From Octopus vulgaris (taxonomy: Eukaryota), in the NCBI GenBank assembly GCA_951406725.2, contig OX597835.1:48484001-48548000 (forward strand): DNA of 64,000 nucleotides, read 5' to 3'. The first letter of the stretch is position 1. Every line of letters begins with the position of its first letter. Under the pieces are notes generated by a model, which saw only the letters and a program-made list of their open reading frames with translations, was not told where the DNA came from and did not search any database. This document shows, one piece after another, positions 41,577-55,528 of the stretch. Made by a program: the position numbers and the translations under genes.

Positions 41577-42057
41577 GCGTATGTGTATAGCTTTGTATTT
41601 AAATATATGTGTTTGCATACATAAGTGTGTATGTGTGTATGTGTGTAAATGAGAAAGAGACAGTGCGCGAGAAGAAAGAAAAGGAGAGAGAGAGAGGGGG
41701 GCAATGGGAAGTATTTATATACACAATAAACGATTAAAATACAAAACTAAAACAAAAAAATATTCAAATAAAAATGCCATAAATTGGCCCCTAAATGATT
41801 TGGCTGCTGTCAACAACATAAATCGGTTTATCATTTAATGATGGTGATAGAGAAGAAGAGGGAGTTACGACGGATCATAGACCCCACTGAGCAATCGTAG
41901 TCGTAGTCGTTGGTGTGGCTGTTGTTGTGTTGGTGCGGAGTTTTGTGTGAGCCAATTAGCGAGTTATGCAAACAGATACAGAGCAATATAAACAAACACA
42001 CCTATAATGGCTATGGAGATATTGAAGTTGATGCGTTTTATATACATACATACATAC

Positions 42058-42185
<128 letters not shown>

Positions 42186-42264
42186 CATATATACATATAA
42201 ACTAACATACATATGTATACATACATAAAGTATATGTATTGATATATATGAACATCTATATTGT

Positions 42265-42390
<126 letters not shown>

Positions 42391-42839
42391 TAGAAATATA
42401 TGCATATATATATTTATGTATATGTATGAGCGTGTGTGTGTGTGTGCATGTCTATACGCATGGACAAACGTTTGTTTATGTTGTGTTTATGCTGGGGGCA
42501 TGCAATCAATGTTGCGTGTGAGTATGGGTGTGCGTATGTCTATATCTATGTATGTATATTCATTGGCTACAGACATGTCGTCACACCGTTTCCAAGACGT
42601 TCTGTCGATCATATCCCCCCCCCCCTATTAATTATTTCACTCTGTTGTCTAGTTTTATTGATATCCATTTGCCGAACCGATAAGTTACAAAATGCCAAAA
42701 GGTCACAAGAAACGCACCGTTCGAGAATGCACAGAAATACCCAAGACATATAAAGAATATGTTCTTGTAGAAGTAACCATTAGAAATTCATGGGAAAAAA
42801 TTATTTGTAGGTACCACATGGTATCTATTAATTTTCACC

Positions 42840-43397
42840 GTTTACGTGTTTCTGTCATTAGATACCGGCCATGCTGGGGCACCACCTTGAACAATATTTT
42901 AGTTGAATTTATTCCACTAAAAACCACAGAACTTATTTCGCCTTGCTTTTTCTTTTTAAGTGTATTTTGCCGAAGTGTGATGTTACGGGGATGTAAACAC
43001 ACCAACCCGGGTTGTCAAGTCGAGGATGTGGTAGGAGAAACAAAGAAGCACACAAATATATATGTATATGTACATATCTTTGTATATGTGTGTGTTTGTG
43101 TACGTGTGTGTGTGTAACTATATATTTAAACATGTGTACATATATGTGTATATATATATATACACACACACATATATATATGTATGTATGTATGTGTGTG
43201 TATGTATATGTATATAAACATAAGTGTGTATATATATATATATGTGTGTGTGTAAAATTATAATTAAGGATATCTAAAAGATACCACCATGATAGAGATA
43301 GCAGTCAAAACCTGACTCTAAAACCATATGTATTCATACAACACCAATGCAAATAGACAAATAAAGTAGCAAAAATTTATTGTGTGTGTGTGTATAC

Positions 43398-43433
<36 letters not shown>

Positions 43434-43585
43434 GGGCTTCTTTCAGTTTCCGTTTACCAAATCTACTCACAAGGCTTTGGTTGGCCCGAGGCTATAGTCG
43501 AAGACACTTTCCCAGGGTGCCACGCAATGGGACTGGACCCGGAACCATGTGATTGGGAAGCTAGCTTCTTACAATACAGCCACGA
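42840..43585 (-). mobile_element. SINE family A split by an expanded internal microsatellite and an insertion
   Basis: 3' half at 42840-43050 and 5' half at 43430-43585. Confidence 0.8.
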
Positions 43586-44795
43586 GCCATGTTTCTTCTG
43601 TGCGGACATAAGTTATCATTTACACCTAAGAGGTCAATGATGATAACACCCATTAGGTTATAGAGGAACTTCGGTGGAAATCATGCGAGCAATGTTTTCG
43701 AGGAAGAAGATGGAATTTAAACGGTCGTTATGCTAAAGTTCCTGATCTAACCTGGAAATATTTAATCCGATTATATTGTGACGGTATTCTGCAATGCTGT
43801 TTAAAATTATTATACTTTTGAAATCAGCAAAATGTCTTCTCTTTTTTTATCGTTCTCTTTGAGAGATAATCACAAAATTCTTGAGAGGAAAAACATCGTG
43901 AAATACGAAAGAGAATTGATATAAATAGCACTTGAGTGTCACCGTTTCGATAAGAGAAGACATACTTTTGGCACCACAGGTAATACCAGGAATTATGGCA
44001 TATATACAATAATTATAATAGAAATGTTATTAAATAGAAATAATATCCTTCAAAATAAAATAAAACATTAAAATAGTTTTAGATAAAACAAAATAACATC
44101 TGCCATATTTACTCGGTCTGTTACTTCTTCTTCTCGTCTTCAGTCTCTGTAGTTCTTTTTCTCTCGCTCTGAATGTGCATGTGCTTGTAGCCTGCCTTTA
44201 CTCATTGCCTGCCACTAAGCTTAGTATTTGCATTACCCTGCAATTCTAATGTTAACTTTCTCTGTATTTCTCTTTAATTCTGTCTCCCTCCATCCCTCTT
44301 TCATCCTCTCTCTATGCGAGGAATATACGATATTCTCTATAAACACCAAAACATTTAATATAAATTAAGTTTCGGTTTTATACATGTGACATATTTCCCG
44401 ATACAACCACGGCGCCAAAAGTTATAGCCAAAATATATAACATTTATACCATCTCATAAAATTCCCTTCATTGGTCAATCAGCACAAATATCAATAAATA
44501 ATCGATAAGTTTGAATCCAAAATTTACGAAACCAATGTCGCCACTGGCATCAACCTATGTTAGCATAAATTAAAATGTAGGTTAACGTCAAAGCCATAAA
44601 TAGTTTGTAATACCCTCTAAACCCATTCCTATGACAACTGGAGATCAGCTCGTCAGACTGAACAGTAGTAACCTGCTCATAGTTACGGCGGTTATACCGA
44701 AAGTGATGCAGAAATGTTAGAAATTTTTATTGTCTTGGGTCATTCAAGTTGCACATGTGTATGTGTGTGTGTGCGTGTGTGTGTGTGTGTGTTTG

Positions 44796-44828
<33 letters not shown>

Positions 44829-45116
44829 AACTCTTCCTGCATAGTAACACTGTAACTGTTTTTCTTCATTAAATGCAAACAAAGGGTATGTATGTATGTA
44901 TGTATGTATGTATGTTTAGATGTGATCCACAGCTGCTAAAAAACACGTAATAGTGCCCAAAGGATTTGAACTTACAATTTGAAATCGTCAACGAGGTCCG
45001 CGGGGTCCAAGGGGTTAAGAGTGTCTATAAGAGGAATCCTGGGGATATGATATGGAGATAATGATGCAAATAATCCTACCTGGCCTTGATATATAAAATA
45101 TATACATGCATATATA

Positions 45117-46228
45117 CATGTTGGACAAAATGATGGAAACACCTACCATCATAGCATCATAATGTTGAAATATCTATAAAACCGTCAAAAGCTTGTTTAT
45201 TTTTATGTTATTTTTACTGTTGCTTAATATGTTTTGCTAAAAAAAAGGTAATTAAAATTCATTAAAGTGACAAATCCATCGAACTTTCAAAGAGGTCCTA
45301 TAGCAGGCGCTGTCTCGAATGTAATGATGGCCATTGAGGCAGAGGGAAAAACCTCCTCGTCAAAACAAAAACTCAGGAAGAAAACCAAAACTTTTAGATA
45401 GGGACCGAATTGTTAGAGAGGATCACAAAAGTACTGCTCCCAAATTTACTGCAGAGATTAATGACCACCTCGAGAACCCAGTTTCCACAAAAACTGTTCA
45501 CCGGGAGCTGCACAAAAACAGATTTCACAGGAGGGCTGCAATCAGTAAACAACTACTTTTAAAAACAAACTTTACAACCTATTTAGAGTGGAGTAAAAAA
45601 CTACAGAATTGGCCCCTAGAGCAGTGGAATAATGTTATTTTCTCGGACGAGTCATCCTTTACCTTATTTCCAAACACCGACCGAGTATACGCGTGGAGAC
45701 AGCCAAAAGTAGCATTTGACCCAGACTGCCTTCTTCCACCTGTTAAACATGGAGGAGGATCTATATATATATTGGAAATCCACCGGCCAAATGGTTTCCA
45801 TTCTCGGCAGAATTGATCGTCAAGGCTATTTAAAAATTTTATCAGATCAAATTCATCCTTTGCGGAACTGTTTCCGGAGCGAAACGCAATCTTTCAGTAT
45901 AATAATGCACCAATTCACATGGATAAAGTTGTTACTGAATGGCACGAGGAACATTCTAGTAAGTTGACCATCTAATCTGGCCACCACAGCCCCCAGATCT
46001 CAATATTATTGAACATCTATGGTGCATTTTAGAAAAAAACAAGTAAGGAGTCAATATTCTCAACTATCATCACTACAAGAATAGACAAAAATGCCTTTGG
46101 AAACTATTCAAACTTTGTACGAGTCCATACTCCGTAGACGTCAAGCTGTAATTACTGCCAAAGACGGTCCTACACCATATTATTTGTTTGAAATTTTAAG
46201 GTGCTGCCATTATTTTGTCCAACCCCTG
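45117..46228 (+). mobile_element. Tc1-family DNA transposon with a degenerate transposase
   Basis: TIRs gttggacaaaatgatggaaacacct and aggtgctgccattattttgtccaac; TA TSD; GRKPKL..VSTKTVHREL..WNNVIFSDESSFTL..VKHGGGS..WPPQPPDLNIIEHLW; frameshifts. Confidence 0.93.
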
Positions 46229-46854
46229 TATATAGAAACAAAAAAAAAATAATAAAATATTCAGATGAACATTCCTGTATAATCCAAAAGATATTTGTAT
46301 ATTTACAGAACAGATTTGCATGGAGTACAAACGATACACAAAACTGCTGGTTGCTTATTTTTGACCTATTGCTCATTCCATCTACTAACGTGACGTAATT
46401 CGGAGCTCCTAGAAACAGCTGTAGGACGTGAAATACCATGCACTCTCATTTTGGATAGGCCCTATGCATTTGAGCCTTCTCAAGTTCTCTATATATGGCC
46501 TGAGATGGCGCGTGTCTTCTCCTGCCGCTTTTAGGTTGATTCCTGGAACTTCGCATGTCGTGATTGGATTCGGGATGAAATCTGAAGTTGTTTCCCGTTG
46601 GTTTCTTCAGATGGGGGGGGGTGAACATCGAATGTATACGGTCGGATGATATACGGTGGAGCATTTTTGTCGACGCACCAACAATTCTACCGATTTCTCA
46701 ACTGCGAAGCAACGGGAAATGAAATGTCTTGCTTAAGAGTGCAACGCAACTTACGCTCCAAGAATCAAACAGAAGCCAGTCGACAAGCCACGCACCTATG
46801 TGTGTGTGTGAGCGCGCGCGTATGTGTGTGTATGCGTGTGTGGTTGTGTGTGTG

Positions 46855-47060
46855 TGTTTCAGTCATTAGCCTGCGGCCATGCTGGAGCACTAATTTGAAG
46901 AATCTGTTTTAGTCGAATAAGTCGAGCCCATGACTTGTGTTCTTTTTATTTAGCCTAGTACTTATTCTATCGATCTCTCTTCTCGAATCGCTGTGGTATG
47001 AAGACGTAAACATACTATCACCGATTTCAAGCGGCGGTGGTGAACAAACGCAAACACACA
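46855..47060 (-). mobile_element. SINE family A, 3' half
   Basis: tgtttcagtcatt..ctgcggccatgctggagcac..gcctagtacttattctatcg. Confidence 0.8.
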
Positions 47061-47109
47061 TGCATACAGACATGCACGCACACACATATACACATACATG
47101 TATGTATTC

Positions 47110-47141
<32 letters not shown>

Positions 47142-47234
47142 ACAAACACACACACACATGCATATATATATAATTAATAAATTTGAAAATAGGGAGATTC
47201 AATGGATATAAATGAATTTATTAATTATTCAATA

Positions 47235-47337
47235 TTACCTATAATTGTTTCACTTCGCACCCAATATAAATTACGAAATATATATAATAATATAAGTTTG
47301 CATTTTTAGTACCCTGGGTGGAAGATCTTCAGGGCAA
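47235..47337 (-). ncRNA. Type-I hammerhead ribozyme motif with long stem II
   Basis: Minus strand ttgcc-CTGAAGA-t-cttc-cacccag...ttgggtg-c-gaag-t-GAAAC-AATT-ATA-ggtaa; G16.2 to A; ~65 bp from a TA tract. Confidence 0.7.
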
Positions 47338-47499
47338 AATGTACATTACAGAGTTTACATTTTGATCAATTATGTGCAGGGGTATAGCTCACTGGTGATT
47401 TAAACGAATAGGTTCACTGGGTAAGTGTTGTAACGGATTATCCGGGTTCCAAGCTCGTAACCTACACGGGTGCTACGAATTCATTTTAAGTTTCTGATT

Positions 47500-47591
<92 letters not shown>

Positions 47592-47808
47592 TGTATATAC
47601 TGGAAGCAATACTATCGATAATGGCATGAAATTGCGCCCGACCACCGGGCCGATGAGAAGTTGGTGACCTTCTGTATTTGTTCTCCGTTTGTCTGAGCAT
47701 TAATCATATGCTTTTCAACTTGACTTTCTGTGTCTTTTTCCGTTTCGTTTGTTTATTACTATACGTGTTTGACTTCTAAATATATGTATATATATATATA
47801 AATATATG

Positions 47809-47856
<48 letters not shown>

Positions 47857-48112
47857 GGTGCCACAGATTTTGAGTTGGAATTGATTCAATTGAATTCATA
47901 TATATACGTGTGTGTGTGTGTCTTTGTCTGTGTCTGTATGTGTATGCGCGCGAGCGTACGGCTTGGGAGTCTCGTCAAAAATTTGAAGACATGCTGAAAT
48001 TAATGAAGCTACAGTAAACAACGTTATGGGTTCAGTTCTTTCGATTAATATTTTTACTTGTTAGACATTAATAAAAACAGAAATCATCACCATACATAAA
48101 ATCATTATTATC

Positions 48113-48205
<93 letters not shown>

Positions 48206-48292
48206 GTTGTTGTTGTTGTTATTATTATTGTTGTTATTATTATTATTATGATTATTATTATTATTATTATTATTATCATCATCATCATTATT

Positions 48293-48348
<56 letters not shown>

Positions 48349-48460
48349 CATTGCTGTTTATTTGTTGTTTCCATTGATAAACGGATGGATATATATATAT
48401 ATATATATATATACATGTGTGTATGTGTATGCTGTATGGCTCTAGTTTTGTGCTAAAAAT

Positions 48461-48718
48461 ATCTAGATTTAAAAACAGATAAAATCCAAAATACATTTTC
48501 TCCTTCAAACAAATCTGAAAGATGAGATGAAACTCCAAGATAACTGAAATATAATGAGAACATGAAACAATATGATTTCTCTATTTAGTTTGGAAGCTTG
48601 TTAAATTTAAGACGTGCACCGAGAGTTTTGGTGATGTGTGTATAAATATTTTAAATATGGCAGCTGTAGTGTTGAAATAAACAGTACCAAAACACCTTTG
48701 CATTGCTAAATAACTGCA
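48461..48718. repeat. ~257-bp direct repeat, copy 1 (copy 2 at 54299-54555)
   Basis: About 5 differences between the copies by eye. Confidence 0.95.
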
Positions 48719-49501
48719 GTATGCGTGTGGTTTTGTGTATGTATACATAAATACTCACACTATTTACACATAAATATACATAATACACACGCACACAACA
48801 GTATCACACACACACATATCCGCACACAAACGTCCGACTTTCTTTTACGCAGACACAGGTAAAAAGATTACAAAGGAACACGCACGCACGCACACGCTAC
48901 ATGCACAATGTGTAGACGCGCAACCCATATGCATTTCAACACACACACATACACATCTGGTGACCTCACATACGTTAGACAGCTTCACCCAGACATCTAC
49001 ACATTTCCACACATACACGCAAATATAAATACACGGAGCACACACGCACACATCTCTCCACACAGGCGCACGCACTTGATTACTCACACCCCTAAACAAA
49101 CACGCATACACATGCACGCTTCCATAGACACACATGACCTTTATACGCATGCACATGCATCCCAACACACATATACACATGCTCTCGTTCACACACACCG
49201 AATTACTCTCACATAAACTCTCACATTACTCTCACATAAACACGCGCGCTTGCGCACACGCACTTTAGCCAGGGCAACGGTCGTCTACGTCGTCACCAAA
49301 CCTCTTGGTCAATTCAACAAGTGAAAACATTTATCCTGACACGTTTATGCTCTCCTGTCTTTTTTTGTTTCCTCTCTCCATATTTTCTTTCCTCATTCGT
49401 TTCTGTAGAAGAGCGTAGGCTTGAAATGTCACTCTTCCATTTTTCCTTAGAGTCAAGCTAACACACCTTGTTTATTGTACCCTCACCTGTCACTGTCTTT
49501 C

Positions 49502-49779
49502 ACAGGTGTCTTTCGATTGAGAACGAATCAAATTGAGCTGGCGTGTATGAAGTGAAAGTCTAAAGGCAGGAATATGGGAGATGAACACAAGAGGTGTTGA
49601 CGGTCGGCAGTGAAGCCAAAAAAGAAAGATCATGATGGCCATCTAAAAGGACGAAGAAAAAACAACAACGTTCGTTTTTTTTGTTGTTATTTTATACAGT
49701 TTTGAACGACACACACAAACACACACACATATACATACATATATATAAACAGCGCCAGCTGGGTCTCCCAAATAAAAAC

Positions 49780-49845
<66 letters not shown>

Positions 49846-50323
49846 TTATTAATACTTTGCAAGTACCATGGCCTTGCGTTGTTGTTTTTTTCTTCGTCCT
49901 TTTAGATGGCCAGCCATGATCTCTGTTTTTTGGCTTCACTCTTGTGTCCATCTCCCATATTCCTGCCTTTAGACTTTCACTTCATACACGCCAGCTCAAT
50001 TTGATTCGTTCTCAATCGAAAGACACCTGTTGTTATTTTCTTGTTTGTATTCGTAATTGTGTACCATGTTCTCCGTGTTTTGTATTTGTTGCCGTATACA
50101 TTCTCTAGCGTTCTTACAAAGGGGTCCAATGCTCTTAGGGCAACCAGACCGAACCATCTCAATAACTTCCCTAAACGGTTGGGACTTCTGGGACTTGACT
50201 GAGGAAAGAAGGCCACGAACAACCCGTCTTTTTTGCCTGTCCTTCTAATTGTTGTTTCTCTTGTTCGTCTTGTATCGTCTATCTGTCCGAATGTTTTATT
50301 GGACTCTATTGCGTTTTTATCTC

Positions 50324-50328
<5 letters not shown>
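49502..50328. mobile_element. Asymmetric fold-back element, probable Penelope-like terminus
   Basis: 49502-49670 is the near-exact reverse complement of 49877-50030 (one ~16-bp indel); right arm continues to a TA tract and contains CTGAGGA..GAACAAC..GTC. Confidence 0.8.
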
Positions 50329-50397
<69 letters not shown>

Positions 50398-50995
50398 TTG
50401 TGTGTGTGTGTCTGTGTCTGTGTGTGTCTGTGTGTGTGTCTCTGTGTGTGTGTGTGTATTAATGTAGGTTTGTCTGTTGGTATTCCTGTATGTTGGTGAT
50501 TGTTCGTCTCTGCGAGTTCGTGCGTGTTTTGAGTGCTTCTACACCTAACAGTGTAGCCACTTCCAAAACCACATGCACTCGACCCACCCCCACCTCCACT
50601 CATGAAACCACCTCGCAAAACAGCATCTACCTTCAAGCCCAACCTTATGTCCTACACTTCATACCCACTCGCAAAAAAAGAAGTTATTCCAATGACCCCT
50701 CGGTGACCGCTATAATATCTACATGAAAAACACTGAAGCCAAACTTTTAATTTATCTTCGGTAAATAATTTTTGCTTACTTTTCTCTTCCCTATAAATAA
50801 CCGAATCAATGATGAGGAGGAAGAAAAGGCGGGAAACAAAGAGGAGGAGGAGGAGGAGGAGGGGTGGGTAGAGAAAGCAGACGAAGAAAGAGATGAAGGC
50901 GAAAAAGACCTATTTGAATTTGTTGTTGGTCTGTTCGGCTTATAGTCCTCCATCTTGGAATCTTATGCTTCTTTTTTCCGTTCAGTCATTCTTTC

Positions 50996-51105
50996 TTTCT
51001 TTACTCCTCGCTTTCCTTTCTTTCTTTCCTCCTTGCTTTCCTTTCTTTCTTTCTTTCCTCCTTGCTTTCCTTTCTTTCTTTCCTCCTTGCTTTCCTTTCT
51101 TTCTA
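50996..51105. repeat. Pyrimidine minisatellite, ~25-29-bp unit x4
   Basis: cctccttgctttcct(ttct)n units. Confidence 0.9.
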
Positions 51106-51809
51106 ACGCGTATTCATTCTTCTTACAGGGTCACTCTTCTCCTGCAAATAAACAGAAAAACAAATGGATGTATTATTTCTAAGCATATTTATAATCTTCT
51201 TCATAGTGTGACAAAACGATTATCTCCCTTGTAATAACTGCGACCGTAAACGAAGCCACATGTGCAAACATTCTCATTTTTACAAGAATTACAGTTTCGT
51301 CTCAACAAAAATACGCGTCTTCGCAACACACGCACATCCACATAAATGTGAATACACCAACGCACACAGCACATTCGTCAAGAGATAGAAAGGGGGGAAA
51401 ATACGAGAAATGCCCCACTCTGAAATATCCCACCCGCTCTACTCAATAGAACGCTAATCAAACCCGATAAATGTATAAATAAGTATCTATCAATCTGTTG
51501 CTCGCTCGTCTCCTGATTCGTAACCGGGGATGAAACTGATAGTCTCTGGCAGCTTTTGAATGTTACAACTTCCATTCTAAATAATTTTTTATATTCAATA
51601 AGAGTAGTGAGCTCTTGTACACAATCGTGGGTTTCTGTTCGTTTCTGTGCATTTGCGAGTGTAACGAAGGGAAAGTGCGCAATGTGTGTATTTTAAAGCG
51701 AATGAATATGTATTTATAAGCACAGACACGAATACATACGCGCACACACACACATACACACATACGCGCGCGCACACATCATATATATATATATATATAT
51801 ATTAAATTA

Positions 51810-53690
51810 GAAGTGGCCAAGTTGTGTACAGCTGGTGAAAAAAGAAGCTCAATTGTAAGGTAAGACTTTTGTTTTTTGGGTCCAATGGGGTTTTGTTGTT
51901 TGCGTAATTATTTTTGTACAAGCAAGAGGTCCTCACTGGATTCTAAACTCTGGTCTGCCTGCAGTTGAGCAAAAGTGGTTCACGTTAAGTGAATATTTTG
52001 TTCTCACTTAATTCTGAGAATTGTTGCTTGGGGGCGTATCGTGCCCCTAAAAATTTGTTCACTTTTGAGTATTTTGGGGAGTCTTTCTCTCCGGAGACTG
52101 AATGACTTGTATACTAGTTTTTGTAGAAATTGTGTTCCAGTTGTGGCGTTCCGGGTTCGACGTTAGCCGGGAGTACCTAGTGGCCGGAAGACTTTTTTGC
52201 TGTATTTTTGAACTAATGACTTTCTTTCTTCTAAACTTTTTTTGACTTTCTTTTTTCGTGAATTGTTTTCTTTTCCTTCTTTCTTTTTAAGTTTTATTTT
52301 GAATTATTTTCTAACTGTTATTACCAAAAAACAAACATGGCAATGAAAAAGGACAATATTTTGCTGTGGGAAATTATACCATCCAAACAGTGGTTGAAAG
52401 ACCTTGAAGAGAGGACGGTGCTGTTGAGGACTTACTCCAAGACGCTCGACGCCATCGCCATATTTGAAAAGGCAGTAATTAAAAAGGAGTTGGCAACTAT
52501 TAAATTTATTTCCAGTGGGGGTCAAATACGCAACGGTGTTGTTATTTGACACCCTTGAAGAGGCTCATAAATTTGCGAGCCATCCCTTAGAAGGCAAAGA
52601 AATTTTGCTTCTTCCCACGTATTGTGAGAAGAGGTTGACAAGAGCTTAGGTCTGCGGGTTGCCACCCGGGATAAAACCCAAGTGGATAGAGGAGACTATC
52701 CGCCAATTTCTGGGTGGCAGCGGAGCCAAGCTCCTTAATGTGATAGTTTTTCCTGCGGCTGATTGGGTTGGGTCAAAAGCTGTGGACCCAATCAGCCAAT
52801 CTGGTTTTACCAGAAATTTTGAAAATGGCTTTGTGCAGGTACCCGGTGATACTTTATTGTCGCCACCCCTCCCCCAGGTGTCATCGGTGACAGGAGCCTG
52901 GCCATATAAAGAAAAACTGTCCCCAGGAGCAAACTAAGGTCCTGGAGCAGTTGGTTGAGCCCTCTGTAGAAGAGGGAACGAAGACGGCCGAGGAGGCGGA
53001 GGACTCCTCATAGAAGGACCGCAAGCGGAAGAAGGTGAGCAGCAATGGATGCTCACCGAAGGATCCTAGGGATGAGGGAGAGGAGGCAAATCTCCCGGTC
53101 ACGGAGGAGACGCAAGCTTCCTCAGATGAGAGGAAAAGCAGAGGAATGGGGAAGAGAAACGGGAGATTGCCGGCAGTCGGTGACATAGTACCGGAATGTT
53201 CCGGAACCTCGTCGGTGGGGGTTGTGCCACCGGCAGGGGAAGAGACACTGTCGGTGGGAATTGTGCCGCCGACAATAGAAGTGACTACCGCGTCCCCGGA
53301 GGAAGACGAATTATTGATATTCTTCTACAGAGACGGAGAGGTGGAGAAGGTGTTGGAAAAGCACCATAAGGGAGTACCTTTAGCCTGCACACGGGATCCT
53401 GAATGGCCTCCGCAGATAGCTGTGGAGGTCATAACGTTGCCCGTGTTGCGTTCGCTGCAGGTAATCAACGAAGAATATCGCTTGTGGACGGGCGACGACG
53501 ACACGTCACCCACCTTTTGCTTGAATGAGGCATGGGAGATGGCGGAGGATGGGGCCAGAAGCGATGTTGGAGAGGAATATGGAGAAGAGGTTGAAAAGCT
53601 TCAGTGTTATTGAAGGCTTTTGGAGCCGTGTCGGTAAGAAACTGTCATAACCTCATACGTGGTCTAACGACAGGAGAGTCCTTCATTTGT
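51810..53690 (+). pseudogene. Probable non-LTR retrotransposon 5' UTR plus degenerate ORF1 (RRM-like N-terminus, low-complexity acidic tail)
   Basis: Broken frame from ATG 52337: LEERTVLLRTY..F.TLEEA..LLLPTYCEKRLTRA*VCGLPPGIKPKWI; GC-rich relative to flanks; stops and frameshifts; no RT follows. Confidence 0.45.
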
Positions 53691-53695
53691 GTATG

Positions 53696-53736
<41 letters not shown>

Positions 53737-53775
53737 CACATAAATGACTGAGACAAGGTGGAAATTATAGATAGA

Positions 53776-53853
53776 TACGAGCTGGCAGAAACGTTAGCAC
53801 ACCGGGCGAAATGCTTACCGGTATTGCGTCTGTCGTTGCGTTCTGAGTTCAAA
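53776..53853 (+). mobile_element. SINE family B, head only
   Basis: cgagctggcagaaacgttagcacaccgggcgaaatgc..cgttctgagttcaaa. Confidence 0.85.
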
Positions 53854-53902
53854 CACACACACATGTCGATAAATTAACACACACACACATATATATATAT
53901 AG

Positions 53903-53980
<78 letters not shown>

Positions 53981-54298
53981 CACATATTTATACATACACA
54001 TACATACGTATACATGCACACAAGCGCAGTCGCATATATATTTGTGTGGACAGTAAGACTTTTGCTGCACTAATTCAGAAAGAGTTAATTATATGAAATA
54101 TTACGTTTTCCTGTATTATGTATGCTACACGCTGGCACCGACACAATTCCATGCTGCAGTTGTCCCTAAATAAATACGCACACAAACATACACACACCCA
54201 TTTACATACATACATACATATATATTTGCATGCATGTATGTATGTATATATGCATGTGTGCATTTATCTTTGCTTATAATATGTACGGTGTTAGGAAA

Positions 54299-54555
54299 AT
54301 CTAAATTTAAAACAGATAAAATCTAAAATACATTTTCTCCTTCAAACAAATCTCAAAGATGAGATGAAACTCCAAGATAACTGAAATATAATGAGAACAT
54401 GAAACAATATGATTTCTCTATTTAGTTTGGAAGCTTGTTAAATTTAAGACGTGCACCGAGAGTTTTGGTGATGTGTGTATAAATATTTTAAATATGGCAG
54501 CTGTAGTGTTGAAATAAACAGTACCAAAACACCTTTGCATTGCTACATAACTGCA
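54299..54555. repeat. ~257-bp direct repeat, copy 2
   Basis: Matches 48461-48718. Confidence 0.95.
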
Positions 54556-54576
54556 CAAGATGAGTGATTATATGGA

Positions 54577-54621
<45 letters not shown>

Positions 54622-54740
54622 GTGTGTGTGTTTATAGAAATATAAAGTTATATGTATCAAAGTATGTATGCCTGCATATTCTGTATGTTTCTCCATCTAC
54701 CGGTGTCTATATATGTATATATATGTATATATATTTATAT

Positions 54741-54832
<92 letters not shown>

Positions 54833-54835
<3 letters not shown>

Positions 54836-54993
54836 CGATAATAAAGGGTAAAATCAATTAATTATTAATTAATTTCAGCAAGTAGTGTTCAGTATGTAAA
54901 AGGACCGTTCAAGGCATATTCAAAATATTATGTTATATAATTAGGGCTCAGTAAAATAATTTACTTTGCCACAAAATTTCAGTATGTGGCAAA

Positions 54994-54999
<6 letters not shown>
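54833..54999. repeat. Short asymmetric fold-back insert in (TA)n
   Basis: 15-bp perfect arms at 54959-54973 and 54985-54999; left terminus (aaagggtaaa..aatt..caagtag) resembles 55282-55335. Confidence 0.75.
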
Positions 55000-55027
<28 letters not shown>

Positions 55028-55111
55028 GTCCCGGGTTGAGTCGGGGTTAACCACAGTAAATAAGGTAGTCAATACATAGCAGAGTAAATTAATTTATTTT
55101 ATAGAAGGAAC

Positions 55112-55152
55112 TTCTACAGGTAACTGTTTCATTCAAAAGAAATCATCAGGAA
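55112..55152 (-). ncRNA. Compact type-I hammerhead ribozyme motif within fold-back 55024-55215
   Basis: Minus strand ttc-CTGATGA-t-ttc-tttt-gaa-t-GAAACAG-ttac-CTGTA-gaa; partial inverted copy at 55165-55213. Confidence 0.7.
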
Positions 55153-55218
55153 TCATCAGGGCTTCTGATGATTTCTTTTGAATGAAAAGTTCTTCTAAAT
55201 CTATAAAATAAATAAATA

Positions 55219-55280
<62 letters not shown>

Positions 55281-55528
55281 CAAAGGGTAAATTAATCAAT
55301 TAGTAATCAATTATTTCACCAAGTAGAATTCGGCATGAATTTCTGTAGTATTTTACTTGAAGACACACGCGGATGGGCAGGGGAAGGTAAGTGAACGTCA
55401 TTCATATTTCGAATTCGGCAGCACTAACACTGAATATGACATGTCTAATACCGTTAGGTGGAGAGATATGTTCAATTATTCCAGTACCTTCGAATTTAAT
55501 ATTTCAATATTTAATTATTGCTGGAGTG

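Noticed and set aside
44828-45018. piggyBac-type MITE ending aaggggttaa
   Set aside because: The left TIR and TTAA match is too weak.
46258-46428. CAGATGA...GAAACAGCTGTA hammerhead-like motif (similar weak case at 1333-1380)
   Set aside because: The core is mutated and stems I and II cannot be paired convincingly.
50996-51105. CRISPR-like regularly spaced repeats
   Set aside because: Contiguous minisatellite with no unique spacers, in a eukaryotic context with no cas genes.
48451-54555. LTR retrotransposon bounded by the 257-bp direct repeats
   Set aside because: No TSD, PBS, polypurine tract or pol sequence.
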